This document shows, in pieces, positions 1 through 13,120 of a stretch of DNA of 64,000 nucleotides. Origin of the DNA: Mobula hypostoma (Eukaryota); contig NC_086097.1 of assembly GCF_963921235.1 (NCBI RefSeq), positions 91,638,001 to 91,702,000 of the forward strand, in the 5' to 3' direction. Position numbers and translations under genes: made by a program. The notes beneath the pieces were generated by a model. That model was not told the origin of the DNA, made no database searches, and saw nothing but the letters and a program-made list of their open reading frames with translations. Each line of letters opens with the position of its first letter. Position 1 is the stretch's first letter.

Positions 1-3000
1 AAAGCTCTATTCCTGCACTTCCCAACAATAATCAAAGAACAGTGGCTGGGAGGTAGCTGTAGCACAGATATCTATGAGAAGACAGGAAACGTCAATCAAA
101 AAACCATTCAGTCCATGTAAGCCTCACAAGCTGTGATTCTGTGATAGAACTGTCAGAAGGCTAAAGTTAAAGTCTTGATCAGTGTAAACATAACAGTGGC
201 ATTTCACCAGAAAGAATGCCCCAGGGAGAAAAAGTGGAAATGCAAAATAGACTCAAGGTAGTTTTAAAAAAATAGCGAGTAATGTTTCAGGACAGTAAGT
301 AGGTGATGGTTGATGATTGTTATTGTCATCCAAGTCAGGCTAACCACCTGGAAAATAGACCAAGTGGACAAATATACATCAAGTGCAATGTAACGTGGAT
401 AAATATGAAGTTTGAACATGAGAACCTGAAGATGTTGGAATCTAGAGCAAAAAACAATGCTGGAGGGGTTCCTCCAGTTGTAGATATGAAGATACCCAGT
501 TTGGTAGGAAAAATAGGAAGGCAGTATATCAGTTAAATGGTGACTGGGAAGTGATTATGTACACAGGGATGTGATCACCTTGAACACCAGTACACACGCG
601 TACATGCAGCAAGCAGTTAGGAAGGCAAATGGTATGTTGGCAAGAATATTTTATTCAAATTATAAAGATAGTTGGAGTGATCCACTCCTAAAATATTGCA
701 GGAGTGGTATACTTATCAAGATGCCAAATCCATAACGCCATTGTTGTTTCAGCTGGATAGAGTTGAAGGGGTGGGAACGGGAAAGGCAAGCAGATGATAC
801 AGTAATATCTGGAGAGCAACGTTAGGGAATTTGACAGCTTTGGGGAACAGATCAATGTTTTCCTGATTTTAGCAGGATTAAAGTGCTACAAGGTCAGAGG
901 AGAGTGAAGTTGACACCAGGATCAGATCATCCATCATCTTATTTAAGAGTGCATCAGGCTTGAAGGATCACATGAGTTGTTGTGGTTCCGGTTTTAAATG
1001 TTGTTATGGTACCAATAACATAAGAAGAAAATGGTGGCCTACATGAACATTTAAGGAAGCTTGGAAACAGCAAGACATAAAGGTTTCAATTTCTGGATTA
1101 CGTCCAGTTGCATGCACCAGTGAGTAAAGAAATAGGTCATTAAGATGAATGTGCAGAAAGACATGGAATGTAGGAGGGAAGTGGAACAAACTGAAAGAGG
1201 GTTTATCACCATAGCATCAATAAGGGAAGGTGCTTTTCAAGTTTGGCAAAGGATGAGAAGTTGAGCAAAACTTCAAAAGAGAGAGGAGCAAAGCTGGGCT
1301 GAGACACCAGAGAATCAGGAAGCAAGTTTGGAATTTAAAGGAAATAAAGGCTGGAAAATGAGAAAACAGTTTGGCGGTGCTTAATGGTACATTATTCGTT
1401 AAGAGTAACAAAGATGAACCGAGTGCACAGACTGATGCTTTGAAGAGCCTTTACTGAAATAAGGCAGGAATAACAGTTCAATATCTTGTCACAAAGGTTA
1501 CGTACAAGACAGAAAGGGGATTAAAAAATGAGGTTAAGTACACTAAAAAATTACATCTCCAAGGAGCAGACGGTACATCCGTTTAAGAATGAGGATAAAG
1601 TTGAAGACTTGAAGGTTTCAGTCAAGTAGTCGGACTACATTAACATTGAAAAATAAAAGTTACTCCAGTTTAATAATACATTGCAGGAAAGATAGCACAC
1701 AACGCAAGGAAATACACAGTAAGTGATGCCATACAAATAAATAAATAGGAATAAGGAAACTTTGAGAACCTTAGCCTAAAGATGTGTAACACAACTTAAC
1801 AAAGGGGTAAGGTAGTTAATGAATAAAGAAAGGTATATCCTTTTTATTATCCAAGTCTTAGAGATGGTTACATTCTCAAAGTGCGGAGACTAGAATGACC
1901 ACAGTGAGTGTTCTGTCTACAAGCCCCTAGCACTACGTAATAAGATACAAATGCACAGGTGCTCACAATACAGATTTCAGTCGACTAGTGAATTTCTGAT
2001 TAAATCTGATTTTGAATTATAATTATGAGGAAAGATTTGTTTGGAAAAGACCATGAGGAAATTTATTTCACTTGTATAAAACTATATGGAGGTGAGAAAA
2101 CCAACATTTCCTTAGCTGAATGGTAAATAACTGAGGGAACTATATTTAAAGTAATAGATGGACTCAAAGGAAAAAAGGAGAAATTCTTGGAAGACATTGG
2201 TAAAGGAAGAAAACCTTGTATAACCTACAAAACAGTGGGCCAAGACTCAGGAATTGAAATTAGTTTGGAAAGTTCGTCATCAGCTGGGATAGAAACCACA
2301 GGTGAGATAGCCTCCTTCAGCTGGAAATAACAAATGTAATATAGTCACTTATAAATAGAATAAAGATATTCAAGATAAACTTCTTTATCAGTAGTGTGGT
2401 CACACAATGCAATTTTCACAATATGGAATACTTTAGACAAATACCAAATGTAAGGTGACACCAGTCAGCACATGAGTAGGAATGGAATAGATTGATATCC
2501 TGATAGTGCTAGACTTTAAAAGGATGTAAGTTATTACTATTGTAATATGGCAAACTCAGAATCCTATTTCTACACTATAAAAGTTATACATGATCGATTA
2601 AGCAGATGACCGTGAAACTACTCCAACCCCACTTTGCTAAGTTTGAGGTGATGTTTTGCAATATAATGGGTTACATGAATCATTTTCATTCCTCCATAAT
2701 CCAAGTCTGATCTTGATTCCTTTTGTTTGGGCTCCTAACTACAGTAACCCCACATACTAATCAACTCAAATGAACAGCAGAATCAATCAGAATTCAGTGC
2801 TAATTGAACATTTTTGCATGATCAGCAAGTGTGGAAGAGAGCTGCCAAATTATTGAGACCTATGGACTGTGATTTGTTGTGGACAGCAAACAACGTGGAC
2901 TGATTACTACAAGGGAAAAGATTCAAGAACATTCACAAGTTCTAAATTAGGGCAGTATAGTTTAAAATCTATACAGATGTAAGACAGAATTTTCTGTTCT

Positions 3001-3339
3001 GCCTTTGACAAACAAGTTTCAGCATAACCTGTACAGTTACTGCTGAGTAAGCACTTTGCAAAAAGCATCTTCTTAAAATCATTTTAGGTCAATGAAAGTG
3101 CCATTAAAAACAATACAAACATTCAACAAATAGTTGCTGCTGTATATAGGCGTATTTCACTTCTGTTGGTGGTGAGGACTTTTCATTCTGAGAACAACTT
3201 TACTGCACAATGTTGTCTGTGGCACATTAACTCTGCACCAATAATCTGACATGGTAAGTGGGAAAGACGTTCAGTCTTGGTTGTCTACTTTGAGAAAACC
3301 ATAGGATTATATTGAATAGACACTCTGTGAGGTTTACTG

Positions 3340-3600
3340 GTCTTTGCACTGAACTGAGGCTGTGGCCTGCAGCTAATGGGCTCCTGGATTGGCTGTGACT
3401 GGCTTTGTGTCCATGGACTCACTCTCGTGAACCTCATTTCTTTTATGGTTTGCACAGTTTGTTTTTTTTCTGGGTGTTTTAATGGTCTTCTTTCTTTTAA
3501 TAGGTTCTATTGGGTTTCTTTGTTTTGTGGCTGTAAGCAGAAGAATCTCAAGGTTGTATATCATAAACATAGTTTGATAAAAAATGTACTTTGAATGTTT
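3340..3600 (+). mobile_element. 3' UTR fragment of Rex1-like LINE or derived SINE
   Basis: Ends in aagaatctcaaggttgtata...gtactttgaa, the same tail as at 28900-28985 and (reverse) 53461 and 54509; boundaries approximate. Confidence 0.5.
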
Positions 3601-4161
3601 AATACCAAGAAGCACTGTAGTGGAGGGATAAATTCTAGTTACCAAAAATATAGCCTAAGCCAAATAAAAATGAGTGCATACAACTTCAGTTTGTAATGTG
3701 TAAACTTGGTTCCACTGAGGAGTCAAAGCTTCTTGATACTCGGTGTTTGGAGAAATACTTCAACTATTTCACAAGAAGATCTCATCTTGCATATGTAATC
3801 GACTTTAAGAATTGGATGGTTGGTATGTAGGAGCAGGAGTCAGCCACTTACTCCTCAAACCTATTCCATCATTCAGTTTAACCATGCTTGCTTCATGTCT
3901 TGTATCTATTTATCCTAGTTCTATATCTTTAAAACTGTTGCTAATAATTTTTGCCTCAGCAAATTTATGGAAAAGTAAATGAATGTTTCCTAATATAACT
4001 CCAAAACATTCCAGCACCATTTTTTTTGTATATACTCCTTGATCTGGACTTGTTTTTTGTAATTTGTTTCAGCTTATCCCATCAAACCCACATGGGAGGC
4101 TGGTCAGGAGATTCAGTCACTAGCATTCAGGATGAGGTTAAGACCTTATTCCCTGGTGTGT

Positions 4162-4520
4162 AGCAGAATGAGGAGATTTGATAGAGGTATACAAAATTAT
4201 GAGGAGTATAGATAGAGTAAATATAAGCAGGCTTTTTCCACTGAGTTTGGGTGAGACTAAAACTGGAGACTAACTTAAGAGGGGAAGGTGAAATATTTAA
4301 GAGAACATGAGGAGAAACTTTTTCACTGGGGGGGGTCGGGAGTTGAGAGTGTGGAATGAGCTGCCAGTGGAAGTGGTGGATGTGGACTTGATATCAACAT
4401 TTAAAGGGAATTTGGATGTACGTGGATGAAAGTGTAATGGATGGGACAAGGCACAATAACATTTCATATGCAACAGATGGGCTGAAGGGCCTGTTTCTGT
4501 GTTGTAGTGTTCTATGATTC
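4162..4520 (+). mobile_element. CR1 LINE 3' fragment, degraded
   Basis: gatttgatagaggtatacaaaattatgagg...gggctgaagggcctgtttctgtgttgtagtgttctatgattcta, homologous to the young CR1 3' ends in the window. Confidence 0.75.
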
Positions 4521-5284
4521 TAACCCTTAATCATCAGATAAACTTATCCCTTGGCCTTTTTACTGAAGGTAACATAATCTTAGGTTTATGTGACTCATGT
4601 GATGATTATATAATTATCTTCTTCAGCCAGCTATTTTAGCCTGATGTAGACCTGAAGGACAAATATCCTTCCTGGGAGGTTTAGAAGGATCTGAGAGTAT
4701 TTAACTTCTTGTAGCCTTTCACATATTAGACTACCAGGCCATAACTTTTTTCAGGATCTTGATTTCACATAATTGCCCTTCTTGGATAATTTATGTTTTA
4801 CAGGTTTGTCAGTTTAAATCATTTAGGGGGAAAATTGCTTAAAGCTGAGAAATAATCCATTAGAGTGTATATGTTGGTGCGTAGTGAAGTTATAGAATCT
4901 TACTCTTTCTACTAGACATCACCATTGATATTTTTTATGGACCAACCCATCACAAAAGACTTACAAGGTTACCTAATAACTGCACATTGTCTCCTTTCAA
5001 ATATTGAGGGTCTGTGGCATATTTATTTTGGCACTACAAGCAAATCTCTGAACAGAAGTATAAAAGGGAAATTGGAAACCTCCAACAATGGTTGGTCCCC
5101 AACCCAGAGTTCCAAAGGTTAATTACCAGTGCCAATTAATGGCAAAAGTTGATTTGCATACAAGACAGAATACATTAGAGGGGTACATGGAAATAAGGAG
5201 AAGGGTAGTGATGAGATTTCTCACCAGGGGTTAGCATGGCCTGATGGAGAGAATACATGTCATTTTATGTATAGTGAGTGGCGA

Positions 5285-5288
5285 GAAA

Positions 5289-5320
<32 letters not shown>

Positions 5321-5353
5321 GAGAAAGAGAGAGAGAAAAAGAAAAAGAAAAAA
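5285..5353 (+). repeat. (GAAA)n/(GA)n purine microsatellite
   Basis: Direct read. Confidence 0.9.
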
Positions 5354-6020
5354 TGAGAATGAATGAATGTATGTGAAATTTATATGGTCCTGTCCTGACT
5401 TGACAAGGGAGATGTGCAGTGATTCTCATGAGAAGATTCAGACATTGGGCTCACTGGTCAAACACAAGGAGTCACTCATATAAGACAAAGATAAGGTGAA
5501 GTACTTTCTCTCAGAGGGTCTTGTACCTTTTGAACTCTCTTCTGCAATGGTTGGTGGGAGCAGAGTATCTGAATATTTTATGTAGATAGATTCATAAGAA
5601 AGAGGATGAAATATTACCATGGGTAGATGGGAAAATGGAGTTCAGTTTATCACCAGACCAGCCATAATCCTACCACATGATAAAACAGGTCTTCGGAGCT
5701 GAATATTCTACATCCAATTCTCAAAAGACCCACCCCATAGGTAGTTAAAACTGCAGCAAAATGTAGTTTTTCCTTGAAATTCTTAGCCAACTGAATAAAT
5801 AGAACTGGGGACTGGCTGACCAATGTAGCACAAAAATTAAATTAGTCAGGACTATAGTCCTCAAGTTCACTGGCTTCTGTCTCAGTGCTTCTCCCCTTGT
5901 TTCTCAAAAATACTTAATATAAAAACCAAACAAGTGCTTTACTGTCAAATTATTACTCTTTTCGTTAAAACTTTTGGCTAATACATGTACCTTAAGACTC
6001 AACCTATCTACTTACTATGA

Positions 6021-6118
6021 TACGTCCTGACGAAGGGTCTCGGCCTGAAACGTCGACTGCGCCTCTTCCTATAGATGCTGCCTGGCCTGCTGCGTTCACC
6101 AGCAACTTTGATGTATGT
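6021..6118 (+). mobile_element. 98-bp Penelope-derived mini-insertion with 12-bp TSD
   Basis: tacttactatga at 6009-6020 and 6119-6130; body homologous to the PLE 3' end at 14897-15000. Confidence 0.85.
6024..6057 (+). ncRNA. Minimal type-I hammerhead ribozyme motif
   Basis: GTC-CTGACGA-AGG(gtctcgg)CCT-GAAAC-GTC^-GAC; intact core, palindromic ACGT stem III; activity untested. Confidence 0.75.
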
Positions 6119-9100
6119 TACTTACTATGACTTTTTTTTAACCACTAGTCATCATCTTCCCTTCTGAAGATACTGGACTGTCTTAAAAGGTCATTCCATA
6201 AGTGTCCTTAGTCCTTAATATTCAAGCAGTTATTATTTTACTCGAGTTTTAAGAGTACAACTGTTCAAGTGTCAATGTGTTGAATGCTGGCTTATTTTCC
6301 TCAGAAATTATTCCTGAATCTGCCCAGCAAAAGCTGAATGACTTTTGTCTGTTGCTTGTCAGAACCTTACACAAAACAATTTAAGGAGCTTCACAACATC
6401 AAATTATCAGACATTTAGAAAGGTCAAAAAATACAAACAAAATAGTTTTGTTAGAAGTCAGGTTATACGTGGCAAGTTTGTGAGGTGACTCTTTACATGG
6501 CTATGTGAGTGCAGTAGATGGAACATATGAGGATTTTTAAGAAGGCATAAGAAGAGGCTGCCTTACCAAAAAACAATACTGATCAGTTAGTGGGTGCCCA
6601 TGGAAACAGCACAAGAGAAGTTGACAGTAACAGCTATAAAGTGTGATCCCTCAAGTACACAGGAGCTCATAATTATATTGATGTTGCAGAAACTTCAAAC
6701 TGTGAGGCTGAATAACATCAATATATCATTTAATTTTTTTCCTGAAGAGAATCAAATGACAAGTCTCAAGGAATGGTCTGAATCTAATACACCTGTAACA
6801 AGTAATTCTGAAGGGAAGCATGGGGTATGCTTGGTTGCGAATCAGGATCTCAGTCTTGCCTCACTCAAGGATAATCAGGGAATTCTCTGAAGTGTTTTGT
6901 GTCAGATGTGGCAAAGCTGACTGGATTCACCTGAGACTAGTGGCAAAGCAACACCACACTGAAAGGTAGGGGACGGAGAGGGATAATCAAGATGCACTTT
7001 GCATCCAATAATCAACCCTATGCCAAGAATGGCTGGCATGTACCCAGAAGCCCCATAGAGAATTGCAAGCCCCAGTACGTGGTTCAAGCATTTCACTTTT
7101 CAAAGAAAATGGTTTTAAGTGTTTTAATATGCTTTTAAGCAAAGGCGTTTTTCAGACAATTAAGATAATAGTAAAAGAACACTGAAACAGGCCCTTTGGC
7201 CCATTACACCCATGCTGACCCTCAAGCATCCATCTACACTAATCCCATTTATTACTACTAGCCCTGCAGGCTTCTGGGTGAAAGGGATTCGAGTAGAAGG
7301 GTGCTCACTGAGTGGTGTAGACATGATAGGACCAGTCTCTGTGCTACATTACTCTATGTCTCAATAATGTACTTTAATAGCTCAAGAAAAATTTAAAAAA
7401 CACATTAGAGCATAATGTTTTTAAAAAGTAACAGCTAAGTGACTTGCCTGAGGACTTTATGGTTTTAAGTCATTTAAATCAATTTGAATAACTATTAGAA
7501 TTATTTAAAATCTAAAGAGATCTTTAGCTGGTGCCTCTCAGGTACAATTAGCTTAACCAGTGTTTTTCATGTTAAAAATAAGTGCTTCACTGCAAGATGA
7601 TCCAGTTCTACGTACATTTATTTCCTGTAGGGATTCTCAGCATACATCTTTATGTTCTATTATAACCAAAGAAACACACAGCTGAAGAATTCTAAAATCA
7701 GAGCTCTCTCTCGAATTGTGGTCTGTTAGACTCAAATTGTAGTCCAGTGGAAGTACTGTTAAAGGTTAAAATGAAAAGGAGCTATCGTAACTGAAGTTTT
7801 ATTGAATTTTATAAAATTTCATGATAAGAGTACGATGGATCTTGTCATAATTACACTCCCGTGGAATTACTTATGTAGACATAAGTTTGCCTAGTTAATA
7901 ACTGGTAATTGGCAATCATTCTCCTCTTTAGTGAAGACAGCTTTCCTTAATCCTTCAATTAAAATCTTCCAGAAGCTACTTTCAGTAAATTTCCACTTCA
8001 CTTTCTGATGAAATAAATACATTACCCAAGTTTCTCAAGGTGAGGTTTATTATTCTTGTTAAATTTATTAAATCTAACATGTCCAAGAAAAGTGAGACAG
8101 GCTGGGGGTGGGGATAAAAGAGAGAAAAGCGTGGCAATTTTGTATTCTCTCAACCACTGGCCTTCAATCTTGTAAAAATTACATGATGATTTAACTGGTC
8201 CAAACTGGAGTATAGTGGCATGGTGGATGGGTGAAGACTGGTGGGTATCTTGGAGAGGACTACCCATTCTAGTGTTTACTTGATTGGAGAAGGATACAAC
8301 ACTGCTAGTTCACAGTTGCAATCGCTATTTCAACAAATCATAGTAAGAGCATCTTTATTTAACAGAGCAGTGTATAGCTTGATGTTTCTCCACTTGAACA
8401 AATTCTCACCATGAATCAAAGTTACCAGAGTCACAAATGAAGGATGACTATTTGGTTAAAATGCTGAGATTATCCACAAACTCTACATGAAAAACCTTTA
8501 CGAGTTCAAAGCAGGAAGAAAAATAATTAGAAATGCTTTTGTTCCTGAAGCTGCCTCTTATAAAATGTTCCAATGTAACACACATTGCTGGCTTCATTAT
8601 TCCACGATCATCCCAGAATAATTGTGTGCTAGGCCACAGATCTTGCAGCTATTTTAGAATTTCTGGGAAACTCTAGTAAAAAATTATCCCCAGTCAAATG
8701 AGACGAAAAAGTAAACTAATGAAGAAAACAAGGGTAAAATACAGGTAAAACATGGATATTCCTTGGTTCAGAATCCAGGGAAAACAATCAAAGAAAAAGT
8801 TACTAACTGCAACATGTAACAATGGCTTAAAAGGATGGGTTTCCTACTGTAAAAGGAACCAAAACAACTTTTGAGAGAAACAATAAATGCTACATATATT
8901 AAGTACATACTTCAGGAATTAAAGATTCTGCTTATTCAAGTTATTTTAATTTAATTTTCTTTTACCCAAAATGAATAATAAGGCATTTGGCACACTCATA
9001 AAAAGGAAAAGACAGAAAGGTTATTCACAAACTGTATAAATCACTAGTTAGACTAATTAACTGGAAAGTTTAAAATTATGAAAGGCCTGGAACAATTGGA

Positions 9101-9231
9101 GAGAGAGAAAAAAACAATTTCACTTGGCAGACAAGCCAGTAAGTAAAGGGCAAAGACTGAAATAAATTGATCTAAGGGTTTGGGGAAATTCTTCCTCACC
9201 CAGAGTCTGGAGGTAGACTGAAACCTAATGA

Positions 9232-9736
9232 ACACTCACAATGCGCTGGAGGAACTCAGCAGGTCAGTCAGCATCATTTGAAAAGATTAGTCGACATTTC
9301 GAGCTGAAACCCTTCATCGGGACTGAAGGAGGAACTTTGGGGAGGGTTTGAAGAATGCTGGTAGTTGAAAAAAACAGTAATTTGAAAGGCAAAGGTAATT
9401 CCAAAGACTTCCGGTAATTCCCTCCCCCTCCCTTCCTCTATCCCTATTTCACGTCACCTCCCTCATAGTTCCGCCTCCTTCTATTACTGCGCATTGTTCT
9501 CCTGCCAATCACCTCCTTGCTTCCCCTCCCCCACCCCTTTGTCTTTCAAATTACTGTTTTTTTCAACTACCAGCATTCTTCAAACCCTCCCCAAAGTTCT
9601 TCCTTCAGTCCTGACGAAGGGTTTCGCCCCGAAACGTCGACTAATCTTTTCAACTGATGCTGACTGACCTGCTGAGTTCCTCCAGCGCATTGAGAGTGTT
9701 CCTTTGACAACAGCATCTGCAGATTATTTTGTGTTT
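9232..9736 (+). mobile_element. Penelope-like element 3' end with inverted partial pseudo-LTR, 14-bp TSD
   Basis: TSD ctgaaacctaatga 9218-9231 and 9737-9750; ~165-bp inverted arms 9231-9395 and 9536-9700. Confidence 0.85.
9607..9642 (+). ncRNA. Minimal type-I hammerhead ribozyme motif
   Basis: AGTC-CTGACGA-AGGGtttcgCCCC-GAAAC-GTC^-GACT; intact core; predicted cleavage after 9638. Confidence 0.75.
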
Positions 9737-9950
9737 CTGAAACCTAATGAGCAGGTAGAACCATATATCGTATTTAGATCTGCTTAGAAGACTACCACCT
9801 AAGGCTATGGGGCAAAAGGATGGGAAACGAGATTACACTGAGTAGCCATTTTGGCAGCAATACCATGGACCAAATGACCTTATGTTTCTACGATTCTATA
9901 ATTTCTCCTTCATTAAGCCAGCCCCGGACTTTGCGTGCTCTTCTGCTTAC

Positions 9951-10083
9951 CTGCAAGTGCTGCCGTGGCTCTGGTGAGCGCTCATTATCCAAGCTGTTTG
10001 CTCGCTCATTTTGCTGCCTGGCAGGCTGCCGCTCTTTCAGGGACGTGCTTCTTCCACGGCGTCCTGGTTGCTTCCCCTCAGAC
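9951..10083 (-). CDS. PACS2: PACS2 coding exon (~exon 13), [44 protein letters not shown]
   Basis: Within ORF 9888..10214; contains RGRSTS Akt/14-3-3 motif; ttcagtag| and |gtaagc; 133 nt, phase 2-0. Confidence 0.96.
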
Positions 10084-10819
10084 CTACTGAATGAAAAACC
10101 GTGCCAGAAAAGTACACCCTCAGGACCACCATGATTCAAGGCCATCAGACAAATGATACACATATCCATGGAGTTGAATGCAACTACGCCAAACTTTAAA
10201 AGAGGTCTTGGCATTTTGATTTATATTTGATGTTAAAGAAAAACAAAACGGTTTCCCTAATCGCGCCCCCCCGCCACAAAATTAAAAAATGGAAATACTC
10301 AAGAGGCTAGGTAACATTTGAGCAGAGAGAAGTAGATTCAATTCAGGTTGATGACCTTTCATCTGAGCTAGTTACTAACCTGATCCCTTAAGAAAGAAAT
10401 ACAGAAGATAAGAAAGGGAAGCGAGGAATCAAATGGACTTGAGAATAAGAGCAGATTAAAAAATGAAAAAAGCTGATGAATTCCACATGTGGTCTGCAAA
10501 CACCATCAAAACAGTTGTACTGTAAAGAGGGGAGAGGGACTATCAGTAGGCCTCAAACAAAGACTGCTCAAACATCAGAGAAACGTGCTTGAACAGGTTT
10601 AAGGTTAATTTGAAGAAACTGAGCAGATCTAAAGGAGCAACTATACAAAACAAGATGATCAGCCAGGCAAAGGAGGGTGCTAGTACTTGTGGTGGAGGAG
10701 GATGCTTCATCAGGTCTCCAATCAAGGAAGGAAGTGAAAGGTCTTCATGCACAGCATGGGATGGAGTCTTGGGGGAAAAGACAGACATGGGCTGGTTGCA
10801 GTTACTCTAAGGCTATTGG

Positions 10820-11148
10820 ACATAGGACCAGAATGGGACTATTTGATCTGATCTGCCATTCAATAATCACTGATTTTTTTTCAACCCCACTCTCCCGTCT
10901 TCTCCCTGTAATCCTTAATATCTTTGCCAATCACAAGCCTATCAATCTCTTCCTTAAATACACTCAAAGACTTGGCCTCCAGCACCCCCTGTGGCAACAA
11001 ATTCCAAAGGTTCATCACACTTTGAAGAAATTCCTCCTCATCTCAGCTCTAAAGAGATATCCCTTTATGCTAAGGCTATGCCCCTAGATGCAAGAATCTC
11101 CAGCTAATGGTAACATCCTTTGTAACGTCTACTCTATCCATGCTTTCA
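10820..11148 (-). mobile_element. CR1 LINE 3' fragment
   Basis: Reverse complement resembles 57907-58366 (ctcccgtcttctccctgtaatcctt...atcaatctcttccttaaata). Confidence 0.7.
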
Positions 11149-11676
11149 GCTGGGAGAAATCAGAGAAGGCTGTAGAATATGGAAAATTCTCTAGTGGAAC
11201 TGAAGTCAGGAAATTTATGGAAATAATGGTCTGATATTATCTGGTGGGATCATTTTCCAGAAAGATGTCGGTTAGTACACCAAAATAACAAAAGTGCCTT
11301 TGCCGGCGTTGGATGACAATTTTGGAATTGGTTCTTAATGTACGGAACTTGGGAAGTTGAGATGGAAAAGAACCTTGAATGACTGAAAAAAATGTGACAT
11401 TCAAAGTCATACCAGCAATTGTGACGAAAACAAATACCAAACGTTTTACAAGACAGTTATTGAGCCTAAAGCAATCACATCAAGTACAGGTATATAATAC
11501 AAAACTACCAAAATGATCAAAGGGAGTTTAAAAAGACCAGTGAACATATACGGGGTTCTTAAAGAAAAGAACATACCGTAACTCTATTTAAATAATGTAA
11601 CCAAAATTTCTAAGTTATCTAAATGGGTCTTCAGTTGGGCCACTGCTGTTGGAGGCAGTGACCATTAGCCTACGTA

Positions 11677-12220
11677 CACTTGGTGGCCACTTTATTAGGT
11701 ACCTGTTTATCAATCTAATCAGCCAATCATGTGGCAGCAACTCAATGCATAATAGCATGCAGACATAGTCAAGAGGTTCAGTTGTTGCTTAGACTAAACA
11801 TCAGAATGGGGAAGAAATGTGATCTAAGTGACTTTGAATGATTGTTGGAGCCAGATGGGGTGACTCGAGTATCTCAGAAACTGCTGATCTCTTGGATTTT
11901 TACGCAGAACATTCTCCAGAGTTCACAGAGAATGGTGCAAAAAACAAAAAAAAATCCAGAGAGTGGCAGCTCTGTTGGTGAAAGTATTTCGTTAATGAGA
12001 GAGGTTAGAGGAGAATGGCCAGGCTAGTTCAAGCTGACAGAAAGGTGACAGAAACTCAAATAATCACATGTTACAACAGTGGTATGCACAAGAGCTTCTC
12101 TGAATGCACAACATGTCAAACCTTGAAGTTAATGGGCTACAGCATCAGAAGATGGAGGGAATACAATCAGTGGCCACTTTGTTGTGTACAGGAGGTACCT
12201 AATAAAGTGGCCACTGAGTG
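11677..12220 (+). mobile_element. Internally deleted Tc1-family DNA transposon
   Basis: TIRs cact(t/c)(g/a)gtggccactttattaggtacct, TA flanks; transposase N-terminal remnant MARLVQADRKVTETQIITCYNSG... Confidence 0.88.
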
Positions 12221-13120
12221 TATCGTTATCAATACATGAGCTACAAATCCAGGAGAGGGCCACAAAAAGATGCAAAGTTTGTTTCAGACAATCTGAATGA
12301 ACATTAATTAGTTGAGGAATTGCTGTTGCAGTTTGAGAGTTCGCGTGCTCTAGAAAAATAACGAAAAGGCCCTCCTCATGTGATGTTGAAATCATTCAAA
12401 TGGTACTTTCAAATGAAAATCAATACATTTCATACAATCATGCTCACTTGATTTAGATACAGGGCAATTGATGACAAGACACTCAATAAAATATATAATT
12501 AAAAACCTCTCTCAAAAACTGGAATGATGCTGCAAGCAGCAAGTTAAAGACAAAAAAAAAGTGCATTCAGCCCCACTTGACTAAAATAAACAACCAAAAT
12601 TGGGGAAAGGCAAGTTATCAGGAACACCAAAAGAAAGCCTTTGTGCATGAGAACAGGGGCTGGGGGAGAGAAGGAAGAGAGTCCTGAATCTGAATTGCCA
12701 ATTGGCTGACATGGGCCATTTCAAAGGTTACAACATTGCTGAGGGTATGGGAAGAATTACGTACAGGTCAAAAGGCAACTACTGCAGATTTCCTTCCCTA
12801 GAAGACCAGATAGGTTTTCACAACATACTGGTGGCTACCTGATCATAAGTTTTAATTGTTGACCAGAACACAGAAGGATACTCCCCTACCATTATTGAAT
12901 GTTTTACACCAGTGAGCAGGAAAGGCCTCAGGTTTAATAACACACCCAAAAGACATTACCTAAGACACACAGTATTCCTTCAGCAGTATACAGGAGTATG
13001 AATCTAGATTACTACCTGCAGTCTCTGAAGCAAGACTTGACACTACCATCTGCTAAGCCACTAGTTGGCAGCAGTTTACATAGGTATCAGTACTAATTTC
13101 ATCCACAGAGTGAGGCTTAC

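Noticed and set aside
303..8267. Short ORFs in the track as independent genes
   Set aside because: No recognisable domains, and many overlap decayed repeats; consistent with random intronic ORFs
1..9950. Next PACS2 exon (IPRKTVYDQLN...DWQGQ)
   Set aside because: Not found by eye on the minus strand; probably beyond the window start, though I may have missed it
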